A DNA stretch of 64,000 nucleotides from Sumerlaeia bacterium (lineage in GTDB: Bacteria; Sumerlaeota; Sumerlaeia; SLMS01; JAHLLQ01), in the NCBI GenBank assembly GCA_040219255.1, contig JAVJSW010000012.1:90484-154483 (forward strand). The letters are read 5' to 3'. This document shows positions 58,355 to 64,000 of the stretch, piece by piece (within the stretch, counting starts at the first letter, position 1; every line of letters starts with the position of its first letter). Below the pieces are notes generated by a model, which made no database searches, was not told where the DNA came from, and was given only the letters and a program-made list of their open reading frames with translations. The position numbers were made by a program, and so were the translations under genes.

Positions 58355-59317
58355 ATGCGGATTTTGACCGGTGTGAAACCGACGGGACGGCCCCATCTGG
58401 GCAACTACTTCGGGTCCATCAAGCCCAGCCTGGAGCTGTCGAAGGGGCGCGAGAGTTTCCTCTTCATCGCCGATTTGCACGCCCTGACCACGCTGAAGGA
58501 CGGCGTCGTCCTGCGCGAGATGGTGTACGACGTGGCGGCGACCTGGCTGGCGCTGGGGCTGAACCCAGACGAGATCGTGTTCTATCGGCAGAGCGATGTG
58601 CCGGAGATTTCCGAGCTGAACTGGATTCTCTCCTGCTACACGGCGCAGGGCCTCCTGGAGCGCGCCCACGCCTATAAGGCGGCCCGCGACGCCGGACAGG
58701 AAGTGAACGCCGGCCTCTACACCTATCCGGTGCTGATGAGCGCCGACATCCTCATGTTCCGCTCGACCCACGTGCCGGTGGGCCAGGACCAGCGCCAGCA
58801 CCTGGAAATCGCCCGCGACATCGCCCAGCGCTTCAATCACTACCACGGTGAGGTGCTGGTGCTGCCGGACCCGATCATCAACGACAACGTGGCGGTGATT
58901 CCGGGGCTCGACGGGCGCAAGATGTCCAAGTCCTACGACAACACGATCCCGATTTTCGACTCGGCCAAAGCCATCAAGGAAAAGGTCTTCAGCATCGTGA
59001 CGGATTCGACGCCGCTCGAGGAGCCGAAAAACCCGGACGCCAACGTGCTGTTCAAAATGTACCAGCTCCTGGCTGGCGAAAGCGACGCGGCGGACGTGCG
59101 GGCCAAGCTGGAGGCGGGCGGCTATGGCTGGGGGCATCTGAAGAAAGCGGTGCACGGCGTCATCATGGACGGCTTCGCCGACGCCCGGGCGCGTTACGAT
59201 CACCTGATGGCGAACCGGGGCGAACTGGACGCCATTTTCGCTCAGGGCGCCGTGAAGGCCCGCGCGGAAGCGGCGCGGACGCTGGACGATGTGAAGCGGG
59301 CGGTGGGGCTGCTTTGA
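58355..59317 (+). CDS. trpS: Tryptophan--tRNA ligase
   Basis: LTGVKPTGRPHLGNY, IADLHALT, QSDVPE, YPVLMSADIL, VPVGQDQRQHLE, KMSKS. Confidence 0.97.
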   Translation: MRILTGVKPTGRPHLGNYFGSIKPSLELSKGRESFLFIADLHALTTLKDGVVLREMVYDVAATWLALGLNPDEIVFYRQSDVPEISELNWILSCYTAQGLLERAHAYKAARDAGQEVNAGLYTYPVLMSADILMFRSTHVPVGQDQRQHLEIARDIAQRFNHYHGEVLVLPDPIINDNVAVIPGLDGRKMSKSYDNTIPIFDSAKAIKEKVFSIVTDSTPLEEPKNPDANVLFKMYQLLAGESDAADVRAKLEAGGYGWGHLKKAVHGVIMDGFADARARYDHLMANRGELDAIFAQGAVKARAEAARTLDDVKRAVGLL

Positions 59318-59323
59318 TTTATT

Positions 59324-59439
59324 GCCGCAGATGACGCGGATGGCGCAGAGGATGGGGGAGCCAAGAGCGGCGATTCTCCCTTCCCCCTTGGCTCACAAGC
59401 TCATAAATCCAATCTGTGCGAATCTGCGCCATCTGCGGC
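59324..59439. repeat. Inverted 9-nt-periodic arms (CGCRGAT variant)
   Basis: GCCGCAGATGACGCGGATGGCGCAGAG ... ATCTGTGCGAATCTGCGCCATCTGCGGC. Confidence 0.75.
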
Positions 59440-59448
59440 GAATTTTCC

Positions 59449-61149
59449 TCAATACCCCGTTGGCCGCAAGCCTTCGAGTGCCGCCCGCGCCTGCGCCGCT
59501 GTCAGCGGCAGGTCCGGATCGATGCCGTAGACCACCGCCAGGATGCCTTCGGGACCGGCGACCAGGTTGGCGCGGAGGCGGCCGGTGCCCCCGGCGCGTT
59601 CTTCCAGAGTCGTGAGCAGGCGGTCGAAGTGCTCGGCGGCGTTGCGTTCGGCGCGGTGGGCAAGCACCGGGTCGATGGCGATGGCGCGGCGATGGACGAT
59701 GACGCGCGGGTTTCGGCCGGCGCCGGGAGTGGCGGACCGCCAGTCGGGCAGGTGCGCGTCCGGGTCGTCGAGGGGTGGGAATGGCTCGGTGACGCGCCGG
59801 TGGTTCATCAGGGCGGGAATGGTGCGGGTCAGGGGCCAGGAGGTCATCACCAGGTCCTCGGGCGCCATGAGGGGTTTGAGCAGCAGCAGTTCGCCCTCGG
59901 GCTCGGTGCGGCGCGCCAGGCCCGGAATGGCGAGCGACTTCGCCCCCACGGCCACCAGCAGCAGCGCCGCCGCCGCGCCCGTGGCGATGCCCGCCGCGCG
60001 CAACCGCCTTGCCGGAACGCCACGGGCGCGAAGCATTTGGCCCAGCGCCGACGCGGCGAGGAGCAGGAGGGTGACCTGGGGCAGGATCGAGAGGTTCTGC
60101 ATGCTGCGCTGAAACGGCGTCCACCAGAGCAGGAAGGACTCGGTGGCAATCATCCAGAGCGCGATCCAGGCGGCATGCCGCCAGCGGCGCTCACCGGTGC
60201 GCAACGCCCGGACGGCCACGAAAACCCACGCGGCGCCGAAGGCGAGGGCGAGCGCCGCCGCGGCCTTGAGCGTGTAGCCGGGGGCCGGGTGGTAGTACTC
60301 GAAGGGATCGACGTTGAACCACATCCCGAACCAGGACCGCAGGAGCACACCCAATCCGCCGACGCCGAGGTGCTCGGGCAGGCCCCAGTTAGTGTTGCTC
60401 CAGTGCGCGTAGCTGGTGATCCAGACGGTGAATGGCATCCCGGGAGAGCGATCGATCAGGTAAGCCAGGAAGTGACCGCCCAAAGAAATCGCCCCCGCCA
60501 CCACCAGCATCCCTACCGGCAGGAGCCAGGACTGGCGCCGGGTGATCCCCGCCCGGCCCCGGAGTTCGATGAAGGCCAGGAGCGCCAAGGCCGGCGAGAG
60601 CAGTGCGGCGATCTGATGAAAGAAGGTGGCGAAGGCGATGGCGGCTGATGCGACGGCCCAGGGAGCGAGCCCCGGCGCCCCGCCCCGCCGCACGGTGATC
60701 CGCGCCGCCCGGGCCACCATCCACGCGGAGAGGGCGATGGCGGCGGTGCCGGGGTTGTAGGCCTCGATCTGACCGGCGTATTGCCAGACGCCGCCGCTGA
60801 CGGCGATGAGGACGGTGCCGAGGGTGGCCGAGGGGCGCGCGAAGCGCAGGGCGCGAAAGAAGCGGTACGCCGCCCAGAGCCCGATCCAGGCCACGCCCAA
60901 CTGGGCCAGGCGAAAGAAATCGAGCAGGTTGCGGTCGAAGCCGAGGAGATCGCCGAGGCGCGTCAGGAAAGCCAGAAAGGTCGGATGAAGGAGGTGGTGG
61001 GGGTGAAAGATCGCTTCGCCGAGGATGGCCTTGGCGGCGTACTCCATGCTGTCGCCGCTTTGGTCGCGGGGGCTGAGGGCGAGAAGGGCGCCCGCGGCGA
61101 TCATGGCTCCGTAGCAGAGGAGGCGGGGCCGTTGGGTAGGGGATGACAT
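59449..61149 (-). CDS. Polytopic membrane protein, GT-C/DUF2723-like
   Basis: GDSMEY, HPHHLLH, W.YA..IE.Y, ATFFHQ, many TM helices. Confidence 0.65.
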   Translation of the reverse strand: MSSPTQRPRLLCYGAMIAAGALLALSPRDQSGDSMEYAAKAILGEAIFHPHHLLHPTFLAFLTRLGDLLGFDRNLLDFFRLAQLGVAWIGLWAAYRFFRALRFARPSATLGTVLIAVSGGVWQYAGQIEAYNPGTAAIALSAWMVARAARITVRRGGAPGLAPWAVASAAIAFATFFHQIAALLSPALALLAFIELRGRAGITRRQSWLLPVGMLVVAGAISLGGHFLAYLIDRSPGMPFTVWITSYAHWSNTNWGLPEHLGVGGLGVLLRSWFGMWFNVDPFEYYHPAPGYTLKAAAALALAFGAAWVFVAVRALRTGERRWRHAAWIALWMIATESFLLWWTPFQRSMQNLSILPQVTLLLLAASALGQMLRARGVPARRLRAAGIATGAAAALLLVAVGAKSLAIPGLARRTEPEGELLLLKPLMAPEDLVMTSWPLTRTIPALMNHRRVTEPFPPLDDPDAHLPDWRSATPGAGRNPRVIVHRRAIAIDPVLAHRAERNAAEHFDRLLTTLEERAGGTGRLRANLVAGPEGILAVVYGIDPDLPLTAAQARAALEGLRPTGY

Positions 61150-61215
61150 GGAGCGCTACAACCTCGGCGCGGCTAGGGATGGTCGGCGCCATAGCGTCGC
61201 GCCGCCGGAGCCGGG

Positions 61216-61521
61216 TCAACCGGTGATGCGAAAGCCCTGGTGCTGCGGGTCCGCTTCGAGCCACCGGACATCCACGTTGTCGACGCGGCTGATGACGGGA
61301 CCGGTGAACAATTCCGTGAGCAGTTCGGTGAGGACGTCCTCCTCGCCTTCCGCAAAGACCTCGACGGTGCCGTCGGCCAGATTGCGAACCCAACCGGTCA
61401 GGCCAAGGCGCTGGGCTTTGGCGCGGACAAACACACGAAAGCCGACCCCTTGGACCCGCCCGTGAACGATGGCGGTCAGGACGTTTGGGTTCTCCGGCTC
61501 GGCGTAATCGGCGTCTGACAT
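61216..61521 (-). CDS. acyP: Acylphosphatase
   Basis: VHGRVQGVGFR, GLTGWVRNLADGTVEV.AEG. Alternative start at 61548. Confidence 0.93.
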   Translation of the reverse strand: MSDADYAEPENPNVLTAIVHGRVQGVGFRVFVRAKAQRLGLTGWVRNLADGTVEVFAEGEEDVLTELLTELFTGPVISRVDNVDVRWLEADPQHQGFRITG

Positions 61522-61528
61522 ATGTGAA

Positions 61529-62953
61529 TCAGGTTGTGTATTCGTCATCCTCGCTCCTCGCAAGGCGGGCAACCTCACCCTCCAGTTCGTACTTTTTCAA
61601 GCGATAACCTAACGTCCTCCGGGTAATTCCAAGCAACTTCGCGGCCCGGGTGCGGTTTCCACCGGTCCGTTCCAGCGCCGAGAGCAGGCACTTTCTCTCG
61701 ATGCTCTCCAATGTGGCGGCGCCAGCGGCGGTGGCGGCGGGGGCATGGGTTCCGGGAGCCGCCCCCGACTTGCGGCGGTGCTCCTGAACGGCCAGCGGCA
61801 GGTCCTCGACGGTGATGCCCTCGGGTTCGCCGAGCACGAGGGCGTGCTCGATGGCGTTTTCCAGTTCGCGGATGTTGCCGGGCCAGCGATAGGCATGCAG
61901 CGCCTCGCGCGCGTCCTCGCCAAAGACGACATCCCGGCCGCCGGAGAAGCGCCGGGCGAAAGCCGCGATCAGGGCTTCCAGGTCCTCGGGCCGTTCGCGC
62001 AGCGGCGGCAGCGTGAGCGGCACCACGTTCAGCCGATAATACAGATCGTTGCGGAAGTCGCCGGACTCCATCATCGCTTCCAGATCGCGGTTGGTGGCGG
62101 CGATGACGCGGACGTCGACCTTGCGGGATTTGTTGCCGCCGACGGGAATCAGTTCGCCGCTTTGCAGAACGCGCAACAGCTTGACCTGGAGGGCGGGCGA
62201 GACTTCGCCCACTTCGTCGAGCAGCAGCGTGCCTCCGTCTGCGGCGGCGAAGAGGCCCTCGCGGTCGCGGTCGGCGCCGGTGAAGGAGCCTTTGACGTGG
62301 CCGAAGAGTTCACTTTCCAGCAACGTTTCCGGAAGCGCGCCACAGTTGATCTTCAGATAGGGCCGGCCGGCGCGTGTGGATCGCGACTGCATCAGGTCGG
62401 CCATGACTTCCTTGCCGGTGCCGCTCTCGCCGCGCAGGAGCACGGTGGCATTGCTGCGGGCGATTTTGTCGAGCTTGCCCATGATGCCGCGCATGGCCGG
62501 GCTGGCGAGAATGGCGTCACCAGGCAGCGCCACGGCCGCCGTGGCGGATGGAGGGGCCACGGCCTCGCGGGAGGCGCCTTCGTCGTTTCCTTCGAGAAGG
62601 CGGCGCAGCAGAGGCTTGAGGTCCGTTTCCGCGCTGACCGGCTTGACCAGATAATCGGCGGCGCCGTGGGTGAGGGCCTCGCGGGCCGTTTCCACCGAGG
62701 CGAACGCCGTCATCAGGACCACGTCGATGCCCGGGCGGATGGCCTTGGCGCGGCGGAGGACTTCGAGACCGTCGAGACCCGGCATGCGCAGATCGGTGAC
62801 GAGAACATCGATGGGCGGTTCGGCTTTGAGGCGCTCGAGGGCGGCGGCGGGCAAGGTCATGGCCTCCGCCTCCCAGCCTTCGCGGGCGAGGGAGCGTTCA
62901 AGAAGGGACGCCATCTTCTGTTCGTCATCGAGAATAAGGATTCGCGCGGTCAT
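61529..62953 (-). CDS. Sigma-54-dependent response regulator (NtrC/AtoC family)
   Basis: Receiver ILILDDE..TDLRMPG; GESGTGKE; ESELFGHVKGSFTGA; WPGNIREL; Fis-type HTH. No cognate kinase adjacent. Confidence 0.95.
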   Translation of the reverse strand: MTARILILDDEQKMASLLERSLAREGWEAEAMTLPAAALERLKAEPPIDVLVTDLRMPGLDGLEVLRRAKAIRPGIDVVLMTAFASVETAREALTHGAADYLVKPVSAETDLKPLLRRLLEGNDEGASREAVAPPSATAAVALPGDAILASPAMRGIMGKLDKIARSNATVLLRGESGTGKEVMADLMQSRSTRAGRPYLKINCGALPETLLESELFGHVKGSFTGADRDREGLFAAADGGTLLLDEVGEVSPALQVKLLRVLQSGELIPVGGNKSRKVDVRVIAATNRDLEAMMESGDFRNDLYYRLNVVPLTLPPLRERPEDLEALIAAFARRFSGGRDVVFGEDAREALHAYRWPGNIRELENAIEHALVLGEPEGITVEDLPLAVQEHRRKSGAAPGTHAPAATAAGAATLESIERKCLLSALERTGGNRTRAAKLLGITRRTLGYRLKKYELEGEVARLARSEDDEYTT

Positions 62954-63101
62954 GGTTTCCCGGTTTGCCTGAGGCTAAATTGGAGCGCCGAGGAGAAGAA
63001 ATCGGAGGATCCCTCCCCGGAACCGCCAAGGGTGAATAGAAAAACGCGAATGCGCCGGGGCGCAAAAGGTTTCCCTCCGGATGCCGCACACGGCGGGTTC
63101 C

Positions 63102-63406
63102 TTCACCACAGAGGGCACGGAGGAGAGAGGTTCCACAGAGATCATTTGAAAGGTGCGGTTAGGAAAGTGGGTTGGCTGCACCAACTCAAACGAAATCAGT
63201 TGAGTGCAAATGAATCCCAGAACAGAATACTTGCCGAAACCAAATAAAGTCGCGAAAATTCTGGCATTTTCCTGCATGGATAATCATTTTTCAAAAGAAT
63301 CGGCCGCCGTTTTCCAGTCATCCATCCAGGAACCAAGGCCCGCCGGTTGTTTCGGCAAACTTAAAAAGCACCAATCATCTCTGCGTTCTCTGCGTCTCAG
63401 CGGTGA
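63102..63406. repeat. Inverted CACAGAG arms enclosing AT-richer cargo
   Basis: TTCACCACAGAGGGCACGGAG ... CTCTGCGTTCTCTGCGTCTCAGCGGTGA. Confidence 0.7.
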
Positions 63407-63418
63407 TTTCTTGAAGGA

Positions 63419-64000
63419 CTAGGGCGCACACGGTGGGTGATTGTCGCAGCGGCAGGACCTTCTCAAGGTACCACTTGACATTGTGGGCCATCAGGCCGTG
63501 AGTTCCGGCATCCCCTTCTCGCTGCTGCCTCCCATGACCACCGCTCCTTCCCAAGGCTCCCAAGATACCATCTGGCTCGATCTCGCCGACACCTTCGCCG
63601 CCATCCCCGACCCCCGTAACCCAAAAGGCGTCCGTCATCCGCTCGGCGCGCTGCTCTCGCTCATCGTCGTCGCCCTCCTCTGCGGCGAGGAAAACCCCGA
63701 GCGCATCAGCCGTTTCGCCGGCGCCAACCCCGGCCTGCTGCCGCTCCTGGGCTTTCGGCCGACCCGCCGCCCCAAGCGCGACGAGCGCCGCGGCGCCATC
63801 GTTGCCCCCAGCAATGACATGATCGCCCGCGCTCTGGAGATGGTCTCCGGCGAGGCGCTGAACGAGCACCTGGCCCGCTGGCTGGGACGGTGGAGCGCCC
63901 GCCGAGAGGTCGCCGCGATCGATGGCAAGGCGTTGCGCGGCCAGGGCGGCTACGTCCTCTCGGTTTACTCGCCCGCCAGCGGCCACGTCCTCTGGCAGGA
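63419..64000 (+). mobile_element. ISAs1-family insertion sequence (left part); transposase CDS starts at 63534 and runs off the window
   Basis: Manual translation MTTAPSQ...FAAIPDPRNPKGVRHPLGALL...ALLCG...APSND...AAIDGKALRG gives the ISAs1 signatures. The left end is guessed at CTAGGGCG (63419). Confidence 0.88.

Overview
High-GC bacterial chromosomal window. The 'PNFLEAQVRSKVSR' prepilin type and the secreted-protein tails suggest Candidatus Sumerlaeota/BRC1, but this is an inference. The core genes are a SWIM-finger (probably SNF2-type) gene running off the left edge, dprA-priA, a GT2 plus MdlAB-like ABC exporter pair, a ChlI/MoxR-like ATPase with folP, pnuC-nadR, a pfkB kinase, a DegT-like protein, adk, fcl, trpS, acyP and an NtrC-type regulator. 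There are also several secreted carbohydrate-active or accessory proteins (GH31, GHL10, FAD oxidoreductase), a TacAT-type toxin-antitoxin pair, a Ser/Thr kinase and an ISAs1 transposase running off the right edge. The most notable signals are: (1) a decaying orphan polymorphic-toxin cassette array at 5.0-7.2 kb, where an apparently unnamed pre-toxin segment (GxGHGL...GxIPVxLTD) occurs twice around a PD-(D/E)xK toxin tip and a low-GC immunity gene; (2) a short Trp-containing C-terminal tail ([GN]WxVx-like) shared by four unrelated signal-peptide proteins, a candidate new sorting signal; (3) three families of dispersed intergenic repeats, one with 9-nt-periodic inverted arms enclosing variable AT-richer cargo; (4) a 110-bp duplicated gene 3' end flanking a low-GC insert; (5) a CCCTC/AGGGA-repeat sRNA candidate; and (6) a DegT homologue lacking the PLP lysine. 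No rRNA, tRNA or CRISPR array was seen.
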